Below are positions 39,304 to 47,194 of a stretch of DNA of 64,000 nt, piece by piece; within the stretch, counting starts at the first letter, position 1, and each line of letters opens with the position of its first letter. The notes under the pieces are model-generated. The model was given only the letters and a program-made list of their open reading frames with translations, did no database searches and had not been told where the DNA came from. The stretch spans positions 1 to 64,000 of the IMG/VR virus record IMGVR_UViG_3300035670_000068. The stretch is one strand, 5' to 3'. The position numbers and the translations under genes are program-made. The DNA is from a virus.

Positions 39304-39693
39304 TTAGAAACCTTCTTGTCCCCATCCAGTGCCAGGCATTTCGTAGCTGTAGTACAGGCCGATCTCTTCGTAGGTCGGGATCGCCAGTGCGCAGTCATCT
39401 TCCTCTGCAGGGTGAGCGAACCGAGTCTTGCGAATCGGACAGACCGGGAACTCGCCCTTCTCAGTGCGCACCTGGAGAATGCCGTCGCGACCCGAGATCA
39501 CGATCTCACCCTCTGGGTAGAAGTAGTGAGCGATCTTGATCCAGCCAGTCTTCGCTTCTCTGCGAGCCTTTTCTTCTGATTCGCGCTCCTTCCGGCACTC
39601 GTCGCACTCTTCCTTCAGATAGCCGCCCATTTCATGCCCAGAGCGCACAGAGGGCGTATTTGCAGCGGTCGCGTACACGCATTTACAGGTCAT
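39304..39693 (-). CDS. Hypothetical Cys-containing protein
   Basis: Coupled ORF. Confidence 0.6.
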   Translation of the reverse strand: MTCKCVYATAANTPSVRSGHEMGGYLKEECDECRKERESEEKARREAKTGWIKIAHYFYPEGEIVISGRDGILQVRTEKGEFPVCPIRKTRFAHPAEEDDCALAIPTYEEIGLYYSYEMPGTGWGQEGF

Positions 39694-40102
39694 GTTTGTC
39701 TACCTTCTTGAACAACGTCGGACTGATGGTTTCTTCGCCATTGGTGATCGTCTGAAAGCCTTTGCCTAGCAGGTGATCACGCAGACGATGGTTGTTGATC
39801 GACTCGACCACTACAGCGTCGTAACCCCGGAGGCGAGCGAGCATCTTCAGGTTCTCCAGCAGCTCTTTGAAAATGCTCTGGCTTCTGCGACGAGGGTCTA
39901 CCTCAATGGTCGCTATCGTGATCACCTTCAGCATTTCGCCCTTGCACATGCGAACCTGAGCCCGAGCGTAGAGGTTGATCGGCGCGTAGCAGAGCCATCC
40001 AGACTTGGACGAGAAGTAGTTCTTGGCGCTTATGTCGTCGATCATCTGCTCCACATTGCGAACGATGAACCCGATAGCGCCTTTGGCTTCCAGATCAATC
40101 AT
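39683..40102 (-). CDS. GNAT-fold protein
   Basis: IATIEVDPRRRSQSIFK..VESINN. Confidence 0.65.
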   Translation of the reverse strand: MIDLEAKGAIGFIVRNVEQMIDDISAKNYFSSKSGWLCYAPINLYARAQVRMCKGEMLKVITIATIEVDPRRRSQSIFKELLENLKMLARLRGYDAVVVESINNHRLRDHLLGKGFQTITNGEETISPTLFKKVDKHDL

Positions 40103-40406
40103 GTTTGCTCACCAACCTGTAGATATCCTGCTCGTACAGCGAGTTCGGATAAATCGCTTCGCCCTGAGCCAGACAAGTGTGTATATCGCGCAGCAGCTCA
40201 AGCGCCTTTTCCAGCGTGACTCTCGCCGGTTCCTGGCTCAGCTTGTTGATCTTGCCCTTGAGTCTGGCGATCTCAGCCTTCTGTTCGAAGATTAGCTCCT
40301 GGTCACGCGCCCAAGCCGCTTGCGCTGTTTCGAGAGTGTTGGGAGCTTGTTCGCCACGCGCAAACTGAGCGCTATGTGCTCGCCAATCGATTGGTTTGTC
40401 GGTCAT
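40095..40406 (-). CDS. Hypothetical protein
   Basis: Coupled ORF with coiled coil. Confidence 0.6.
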   Translation of the reverse strand: MTDKPIDWRAHSAQFARGEQAPNTLETAQAAWARDQELIFEQKAEIARLKGKINKLSQEPARVTLEKALELLRDIHTCLAQGEAIYPNSLYEQDIYRLVSKHD

Positions 40407-40627
40407 GGCAGTTCCTCAAAGTGGTCTGAGTGAAGCATGTAACGGTTAAGCGACCCTTCGACCTCGACAGCCCAGAAGTCCTCCGAATCGATGTAATCGC
40501 TATCGCTGACCCAGGTGATTTTGGTTTCAGCAGCGCACTTGGCGTCTTCCTCAGAAGTGACCAAACCCCCTCTCCAGCCCTCCCGTGAGAGCTTTACGCG
40601 CTGACCTACAAATGGCTTGCTCTTCAC
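40403..40627 (-). CDS. Hypothetical protein
   Basis: GTGA and ATGA overlaps. Confidence 0.6.
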   Translation of the reverse strand: MKSKPFVGQRVKLSREGWRGGLVTSEEDAKCAAETKITWVSDSDYIDSEDFWAVEVEGSLNRYMLHSDHFEELP

Positions 40628-40836
40628 GACAGGTACTCCATAGCAGCGTCGTAAACGGCAGCGGCGTCTTTGCCCGCTTGGACGACTGCTTCGCGAAGCG
40701 CGGCGTCGTCCAATGGGTCGAGATCGCCTTTTGCCACCATGTTCGTCACGATCTCAGTGGCTATCTCGCGTATCCGCTTGGTGCGCTCGTTTGCTTTCTG
40801 TTTGGCAATCGCCGGCTCAATCCAACTATCGTCCAT
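40624..40836 (-). CDS. Hypothetical protein
   Basis: SD GGAG. Confidence 0.6.
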   Translation of the reverse strand: MDDSWIEPAIAKQKANERTKRIREIATEIVTNMVAKGDLDPLDDAALREAVVQAGKDAAAVYDAAMEYLS

Positions 40837-41105
40837 TTTGCTTACTCCGCTTGGTTGTGAAAGGTTAGCTCCGTAGCCCGCTCTCCCCTATTCCCGTTTT
40901 CGTCGTGACTCCCGGCAGTCCCATAACCCGTAGGTTGTGTAAGGGGTGAGGTTCTAGATTCCTCCTGCCGGCTGTGTAAGGACGACTTCCGGGTATTCGG
41001 CTCGCAGGCTCCTGTAGGGCCAGACTGTTAAACTTTTTTCTAAGACTTTGACACTTTGCATATATGCGCAAGTGTTCTAGATTCACACTCGCATATATAC
41101 ATATA

Positions 41106-41285
41106 TTATTGTTCGATAATATCATTCATCGCTTTAATATATAACTTCGCGCTTATTGCTTTAAGTGCGCGCATTTTCATCAGCTCAAACAATTGCGCTG
41201 CAACTTCAAACGATACAACTTTAACGCGATACTTCGTACTAACAATTACGCAGTCAGCGTTAATAACTCGAATATTGATGCTCAT
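41106..41285 (-). CDS. 59-aa Gly/Pro/Trp-free protein (not in ORF track)
   Basis: MSINIRVINADCVIVSTKYRVKVVSFEVAAQLFELMKMRALKAISAKLYIKAMNDIIEQ; GG-free SD-like GAGAG. Confidence 0.6.
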   Translation of the reverse strand: MSINIRVINADCVIVSTKYRVKVVSFEVAAQLFELMKMRALKAISAKLYIKAMNDIIEQ

Positions 41286-41312
41286 ATATAATCTCTCGCT
41301 TATTTAATTATA

Positions 41313-41349
41313 TATCTAGTGAGTTAGCTATTAACTAACTCACTAGATA
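41313..41349. repeat. 15-bp perfect inverted repeat with 7-bp spacer
   Basis: TATCTAGTGAGTTAG-ctattaa-CTAACTCACTAGATA. Confidence 0.85.
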
Positions 41350-41358
41350 GTGTACAAG

Positions 41359-41904
41359 TTACTTGCTGTAAACTTCGAGCAATGCTTTCAGAAACGCATT
41401 GCTATAATCGAAAGTTACTTTCTTATCACTTGCGCTGTACTGCGCGAAGCTAAAGAACTGAGCGAAAGTCTTAAAGTAGCTTGCTTGCGTCAGCGTTTCG
41501 TGCTGCATCTCGCGCTTGATCTGTTCGAGCGTCAAGCTAGCGTCGTGCTTTGCTGCGAGTCGCTGCAGCAGCGCGTCAAGCGCTTTGTCGCGTACTCGCG
41601 CAGAGTGCGCGACAGCTTCGAGCATTGCGATAGAACGCTTCTTACACTCGCGCGACTGCTGAGCGAGCTGCTTAGCGTCGAGCTTGTGCGAGTGCAGCAG
41701 CGCTAGCGCTTTTTCGCTCATATCTGCGAGCGCTTGAGTGTAAGTCTCGTGAGTGTGAGCGCGCTTTGCTGTTTTAGTGAGTGCGTCGCGCTCTTCTTGA
41801 GCTTCGACACTTTCGAGCTTTTGCAGCGCTTCATTTTTAACGCTTTCGTGCTCGTTAGCAGCTACAGCGAAAACATTCTTGATTGCTTCGATTGCTTTAG
41901 TCAT
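41359..41904 (-). CDS. 181-aa Gly/Pro/Trp-free helical protein
   Basis: MTKAIEAIK..LLEVYSK; SD-like AAGAGAGAG; upstream in-frame extension in the ORF track is probably UTR/promoter. Confidence 0.8.
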   Translation of the reverse strand: MTKAIEAIKNVFAVAANEHESVKNEALQKLESVEAQEERDALTKTAKRAHTHETYTQALADMSEKALALLHSHKLDAKQLAQQSRECKKRSIAMLEAVAHSARVRDKALDALLQRLAAKHDASLTLEQIKREMQHETLTQASYFKTFAQFFSFAQYSASDKKVTFDYSNAFLKALLEVYSK

Positions 41905-42073
41905 GATTTTTCTCTCTCTTGAAAATTGCGCTTTTTGCGCTATTGATTTAAGTTTGATTTTCTTTGCTTCATTGTGCGCGACAGACTGCGCGCAGATAAA
42001 GCATCGATCTAGATTGTTAAAGAGCGTCGAGCTTTTCAGCTCTAGAGAGTGTGTTTCGTCTCTCTTGATGCAC

Positions 42074-42240
42074 AGTTTACAGCGTACAGGAACAGCGTCA
42101 AGCGTTTTTTGAGAAAAAATAGAATTTTTTCGACTTTTTTTAGTGCTCAAAAAATGATCAGTTTTGACTATCTATTACATGCGCGCACGCGAGTAGGACA
42201 GCTAGAAAAGTCTGTCAAGCGTTTTTTGTGCAAAATAGAA
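42074..42240 (-). promoter_or_regulatory. Tandem sigma70-like promoters with A/T-tract UP elements
   Basis: TTGACG(42101-42096)-16 nt-TAAACT(42079-42074); second TTGACA at 42218-42213 with weak -10; shared GTCAAGCGTTTTTTG repeat. Confidence 0.6.
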
Positions 42241-42271
42241 AATTCGCAAAAGTCAAGAAGATTTTTTTGGG

Positions 42272-42391
42272 TGAGGATCATCCGCATCGGCGGGCCGTCC
42301 GCACTTGAGGAACTCCCACGGATAAGGAAGGACCACGGTTGAGGATGATCCGCATCCGGGTCCACAGCCGTGGGTGAGGACGATCCGCATC
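42272..42391 (+). repeat. Three 17-bp iteron-like direct repeats TGAGGAYSATCCGCATC
   Basis: 42272-42288, 42340-42356, 42375-42391. Confidence 0.85.
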
Positions 42392-42603
42392 CGCAGCCAA
42401 GGGCGATCCTCAACCGAGGATCAGCCGTGGTGGTATGGCGCTCCCGCCACGGGGCTTGTTCATCCGGCAGCCTTATACCTAAAGGCCGCCATAGGAAAAT
42501 TCCTGGGCCACGGCTATCCCTATATAGGCGCTATGGAAACTCCCACGGTGACTCCCGGACTGACAAAAGAGCAGCTGCGGTGAACAACTGCTCTTGGCTG
42601 TGA

Positions 42604-42840
42604 TCAGTATTCAGCGGTCATGCTGACGAGATCATGGGGATCGTCTTGGTAGTAGTCGTCGAACAGCTTGGCGATAGCTCGCTCTTTGTCGGTGAGCACA
42701 ACAAACGGTCGTTCGTTCAGGTGCTCAGAGAAGACTTGAAAGTTGGCAGACGGGATGTGCTCGATGCGGCGTTCGACGATCTCGACGGTCAGCATGTCGG
42801 TGGATTCGTCGTACTGGACTACGGTGATTTCGTTTTTCAT
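42604..42840 (-). CDS. 78-aa acidic Gly/Trp-free protein
   Basis: SD-like GAGAG, upstream TAAAAT -10; no GG on coding strand. Confidence 0.75.
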   Translation of the reverse strand: MKNEITVVQYDESTDMLTVEIVERRIEHIPSANFQVFSEHLNERPFVVLTDKERAIAKLFDDYYQDDPHDLVSMTAEY

Positions 42841-43075
42841 CTGGTTTCGATCTCTCGGTCTGTTCAGCGTCGAAGTGCGCTGAATCAGAGCGCATTTTAT
42901 CGTGCTGAGAACGGCAAGAGACGGCTCCTAAGCGTTTAGACGAGCTCACCCACGGGTTTTCTCAAACCTCGCTCAAAACGGCTTATAGAGCGTTCTAGAG
43001 GGGTATGCGCGTGGCCGGAATCCGGTGGACTGGACCTTACACGCGCATGGCCTGGTTTATATGGACTGGACCTGG

Positions 43076-43360
43076 TTAGACCAGCTCTTCCAGGCGAACC
43101 GACTTCTTGGACGGTGCTCGGGTCTGGAAGTCTTCCTGAGAAACGGGCTTGTACGTCCCGGCTTCGAGCTCGGCCAGGTATTTTTCCCATTCAGCTTGCT
43201 TGAGGTTGGCGGGTTTCTTACCAGGCTTCTGGTTCAGGATGGGCTTGATGTTTTCAGGGCTGGCGTAGCGGGTGACCTCCCCGCCGTAAATCTGCTCGTA
43301 GCGCTCGGTTTCGTGAGCGAGCATGGCGCGTAGTGCTTCTTTGCTCATGGCTTTACTCAT
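43076..43360 (-). CDS. Hypothetical protein
   Basis: SD GGGAG. Confidence 0.65.
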   Translation of the reverse strand: MSKAMSKEALRAMLAHETERYEQIYGGEVTRYASPENIKPILNQKPGKKPANLKQAEWEKYLAELEAGTYKPVSQEDFQTRAPSKKSVRLEELV

Positions 43361-43561
43361 GGTTGAAGACTCCCGTTTGGTTTAGCTGATTCATCTGGCA
43401 GCGTCTAGCGCGCTGCTCAGACTTGAGTCTATCAACTATCTAACGGGCTAGTGAGTCTTGCGTAACTAAGCCCTTAGTGCTACCGGGTGCCAAGGGAGCC
43501 GTGGTGTGCCGTGGGTAAGCCTGCTCAAAAGAGAGCACCGTTGTAGGCGCTCTCCGGTAGA

Positions 43562-43798
43562 TCACTGACCAAAAACAGCCGCTGCTGGTTCGATTCGGCC
43601 GTAGTCTATGTCGGCAGCCCAGCACTGAATCTTGCCGTTCACATAGTTCACCGCTTCTTGCAGATTGGTGAACGTCTCATGATCCACCAGCTCGTTGATT
43701 TCGCTGTACTGGTGAAAGTCGTACAAGCCGTTTGCTTTCAAGGTGATCTCGAACAGATCACCCATGAAGTTGGCCTTGAAGATAACCATGTTTGCCAT
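43562..43798 (-). CDS. Hypothetical protein
   Basis: Start MANMVIF with GAGAG SD-like sequence. Confidence 0.65.
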   Translation of the reverse strand: MANMVIFKANFMGDLFEITLKANGLYDFHQYSEINELVDHETFTNLQEAVNYVNGKIQCWAADIDYGRIEPAAAVFGQ

Positions 43799-44878
43799 TT
43801 TTGCTTCTCTCGTCAGTGCAGCCTCTAGCGTGCTGCTCGACTTGTATTGTCTCAACTGACAAGCGGCATGAGCTGGCTCCCGGAGAGTGGTAACTGGCTA
43901 GCCGTGGTGCAGCCGTGGGTGAGCCTTATCCTGGGTAGACCTTGGTTCTGCCGTGGCGATGATCCGGGATTTACCGAGTGCCTACTGGTAAGCCGTGGTG
44001 CAGCCTATTCAGGTAGTGCCGTGGCTCACCAGGACTGCCAAGGTGTGCCTTGGAGCTGCCACGGTTGCCGTGGGTATTTCTACGGCAGCGCCTAACCGTG
44101 GCTAATTGGAAACCCAGCCTTATATATAAAAGGCCCTATGGAAAAATTCCCGCGCATGTACATGCCGTGGCGTGTATAGGCAAAAAAATAGCCCGATTAG
44201 AGGGGTTAGCTCTAACCGGGCTCAACAGTCAGTGGTTCGGGGAGACTGACTGAAACGAGAGGGAGGGTATTACAGCGCGCCCCCTGCCTGGCGCTGAAAC
44301 CGTTTAGCTGAGCTTGTTCCTGATCTTGACCAGTTCCCGGTGGCAATCGATCAGCTTGAACCAGACCAGTAGTAAGACTATTACACCAAGAGCCACTGGA
44401 ACCATTTTGCGACCTATCTCTTTAGGTGCAGACTGGTTAAAAATCTAACCAGTCTATACTCAATCTTTTAGCCAGCTGACTGACGTTCTGTCTGTCTCGC
44501 TGCTCAGTTACTAGAACTATACAGACTGACTAGAGGCTGATCTTGTCTGCCAGGTAGGTAGAACTGTAATTCCAGAGGCATTACTACAGGTTGCCGTGGC
44601 AAAGGATAGAAACCACAACCAGACCAATCTAGTCTCGTACCTGTGTGTACCAGCGCACCCGTGGCCGGAATCTCATGGACTGGACCAAGCCTGGTAGCCA
44701 AGGACCGATGGACTCCTGTTCTGGTGAATGGGAGAGCGGTTAGAACGAGAGCGGGCTGCCGGGTGGTGTAAGAAAAGTTTTAGAACGGCTGAACGCACGA
44801 TGATTTGAATACAACCACCCCACCAATCTTTACTCTTACCTATTACACATCCCCTCTATGGTTCTCCATTTCCTTCCC

Positions 44879-45178
44879 CTATACCCAACCGTCTCTCTTT
44901 ACCAGATTCGTTTCATCCTCTAGCCATACGAAGCTAACCTCTCCTGGTGTTCTCTCACTAGGCATTGGTTGTCTCATATAGGGCGGAGGCTCAATTTCTA
45001 TTGCTGTGCATTGGGTAAGGTGCTTTACCTCTATTGGGTTTGTGACGCCTATGAGGTGCAGCCACAGATTGTCGTCGCTGTCTTGTCCTATGTAGCCGAT
45101 CTTCCAGTCGTGGTACTGGTTGAGCATGATCCAGTAGTGCTTACCGGCTTCAAGGTTCTCTTGCTTGAGTATGTTCAT
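44879..45178 (-). CDS. Hypothetical protein
   Basis: Last ORF of the 47.9-44.9 kb operon. Confidence 0.6.
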   Translation of the reverse strand: MNILKQENLEAGKHYWIMLNQYHDWKIGYIGQDSDDNLWLHLIGVTNPIEVKHLTQCTAIEIEPPPYMRQPMPSERTPGEVSFVWLEDETNLVKRDGWV

Positions 45179-45205
45179 TGGCGTGGTTCTTCTATCTCTA
45201 TGGTT

Positions 45206-45667
45206 TCAGACTGCTGCGTACCGGATCAGGTCGAATGCACGCTTCTCGTATTCACCTAACTGCTTGTAGGTTTCCCATGCTTGGGTAACTGTAGTAATCG
45301 GCGGCTCGTACATTTTGCGCATGATCTCTTTTTGGGAGTGAGACAGTCCTTCCCACCAATCCATTGCCAGTTCGTATTCTGGGTGCATGGAGTCAGCCAG
45401 GAGCTCTTCCATTGTTGCTTCACCCGGACCTCTGTGGGCATCGATGATCTCGAACATCTTTTCCATCGTCATGGGTTGAGAAGGCTGATTGGAGGTGAGC
45501 TTGTATTGATAGGTAGAACCGGGCTTGATTGTTCCTTGTCCTGAGCTTGAGAACGACAGGCTGCCTACGATCTCTTCCATGATCGGGATGATCATGTCCT
45601 TGTATTGGCTATCTATGTCGAAATCGATTGAGAGGTTCAGGACGATCCGGTTCTGGTTATCGGTCAT
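45206..45667 (-). CDS. Hypothetical protein
   Basis: Start MTDNQ at ATGA overlap. Confidence 0.65.
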   Translation of the reverse strand: MTDNQNRIVLNLSIDFDIDSQYKDMIIPIMEEIVGSLSFSSSGQGTIKPGSTYQYKLTSNQPSQPMTMEKMFEIIDAHRGPGEATMEELLADSMHPEYELAMDWWEGLSHSQKEIMRKMYEPPITTVTQAWETYKQLGEYEKRAFDLIRYAAV

Positions 45668-46152
45668 GAGAAGGCTCCAAAGGCTTGTGGTCTTGGCGGT
45701 GCTTTTGCTGCTGGTACAGGTTGCTCTTCTACCACTTCTCCGTCGATCTGGAACAGGTTTCTCAGGTGGTTGGTCAGGTAGGTGATTTCGTTTCGGTCGA
45801 GCCTTTCTTCTGTGAGCCTTCTCACTAGGATTTGGACGTAGGCTCTCCACGCTATCTTGAAGTCCTTGTATTCACCTGCGTCGGACTGATCCACCACCCA
45901 GACTTTCTTGGTGCCGTTCCATCCCAGGAACACCGGCATTCTGTAGGCTCCGTCGAAGATGAATTTGGCGAAGAACTGGCCATTGCTCTGGCTCATGTTC
46001 ACCGGGATTCCTTCGTCGTCCAGCTCAACGTCCCACAGGTAATGCAAGCCTGCTTCTGCTCTGCACAGGCCTTCTTCTGCCCGATTCATGTGGACCAGAA
46101 AGAACCTGGCGATCTCAGGGACTATCTTGGGATCGTGCTTGAGGTTTCTCAT
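45664..46152 (-). CDS. Paralog-array protein with C-terminal FGAFS
   Basis: W.V..F..AW..Y motif and tag. Confidence 0.75.
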   Translation of the reverse strand: MRNLKHDPKIVPEIARFFLVHMNRAEEGLCRAEAGLHYLWDVELDDEGIPVNMSQSNGQFFAKFIFDGAYRMPVFLGWNGTKKVWVVDQSDAGEYKDFKIAWRAYVQILVRRLTEERLDRNEITYLTNHLRNLFQIDGEVVEEQPVPAAKAPPRPQAFGAFS

Positions 46153-46709
46153 GACCAGGTTCCGTATGAGCTTGGTTTCGGTGCTTGTGGCTGTGGCTCA
46201 ACCAGTGGCTTATTGGGGTCTTGAAGCCTGTACAGCTGCATGAGCAAGCGGGCGTCTATCGGGTTGCTGGTTATCGTGTGGCAGAAGCATTCCCAGGCCT
46301 TCTCGAAGGTCGTGAACCGCTGGTCGTCGTTGGGCTCTGTTATCCAGGTGCCGTCTGCGCCGATCTCGTCCGTGCAGACGATCCAGACCATTCTCTCGGG
46401 CTCCCAGACTATCCAGGCCGACCCTAGCCTCTTGCCATATTTGGCTACAGCCAGGGCGAACACACCGTCTTTGGCTACCGGCTCTTCAACCCTTCCAATG
46501 CTGTTCTCCCAGCTCTCGTAGTAGGCAAAGCCTGTGGGCAGCACCAGCACCTCGTCGGAATACTCGAACGAGATCAGGTGAGGGCTGCGCTTCAATTTGG
46601 TCAGGAAGTTCGGGGTGCCATCTACGCAGACCAGAAAGGCGGTTCTATCCCGGATTTCTTCGAACGATATGGCTCTGTTGACCAGGACGTTCTGGTATTT
46701 CTTGCTCAT
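46149..46709 (-). CDS. Paralog-array protein with C-terminal YGTWS
   Basis: WIV..F..AWECF motif and tag. Confidence 0.75.
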   Translation of the reverse strand: MSKKYQNVLVNRAISFEEIRDRTAFLVCVDGTPNFLTKLKRSPHLISFEYSDEVLVLPTGFAYYESWENSIGRVEEPVAKDGVFALAVAKYGKRLGSAWIVWEPERMVWIVCTDEIGADGTWITEPNDDQRFTTFEKAWECFCHTITSNPIDARLLMQLYRLQDPNKPLVEPQPQAPKPSSYGTWS

Positions 46710-47194
46710 GACCAGGCTCCATAGAGTCTTGGCTTAGGTGTCTTGTCAGGCACTTTGCGAGGTGGCTCTTGAGCAGGTCGAGCCTCATCCCTGGCCAGGT
46801 AAACCAACATGGCCATCTTCATTTCAAACTCTTCGGAGCAAGAGCTGATCAGCTGGGAGAAGGTTGCCCAGGCATCGTGAAAATGGTCGTGGTATTCGTT
46901 CCCGGAGCACCAGCAGTTGCCTGTCCAGTAGACCTGGGCGATCACCTCTTGGTCCCGCACCAGCATGGCGAATCTCTGCTTGGCAGCCATGTTTCTCGGG
47001 ACATAAACCTCGCTGATCCGGGAGTGATCTCGAACCAGCTCCACGCCTTCTACGACCGTCAACCCCTCGTCGTTTCCGATGTGTGTCGTTACCGGCTTGA
47101 GGTTCACCGGCTTGTCGTAGAGGTCTTGACCAGGCTCATTGACCAGCTTTGGAATCATGGAGTGGTTGATCTTGATCCACACCACTTCACTCAT
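46706..47194 (-). CDS. Paralog-array protein with C-terminal YGAWS
   Basis: WC..F..AWATF motif and tag. Confidence 0.75.
   Translation of the reverse strand: MSEVVWIKINHSMIPKLVNEPGQDLYDKPVNLKPVTTHIGNDEGLTVVEGVELVRDHSRISEVYVPRNMAAKQRFAMLVRDQEVIAQVYWTGNCWCSGNEYHDHFHDAWATFSQLISSCSEEFEMKMAMLVYLARDEARPAQEPPRKVPDKTPKPRLYGAWS

Larger units (their letters stand above)
41022..42088. other. GG/CC-free island
   Basis: No GG or CC dinucleotide in 1,067 bp (read line by line); no CC on + strand until 42282. Confidence 0.95.
42316..44664. repeat. Clusters of CCGTGG/CCACGG (21 copies)
   Basis: 42316, 42333, 42368, 42425, 42447, 42508, 42543, 42950, 43499, 43509, 43902, 43913, 43951, 43993, 44019, 44059, 44068, 44096, 44165, 44594, 44659. 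Confidence 0.85.

Noticed and set aside
41313-41349. Protelomerase telRL site
   Set aside because: Centre is imperfect, arms consist of the operator motif, and no protelomerase gene is in the window.
41022-42088. Simple AT-richness or low complexity as the cause of missing GG/CC
   Set aside because: The coding core has abundant G and C as CG/GC/CT/AG and is not repetitive, so many GG/CC would be expected.
41905-42150. N-terminal 82-aa extension of the island ORF (263 aa in track)
   Set aside because: Runs through promoter-like A/T tracts with a TTG start; the SD-like sequence precedes ATG 41904.
42272-44170. CRISPR array
   Set aside because: Repeats are short (6-17 bp), degenerate and irregularly spaced; no cas genes.
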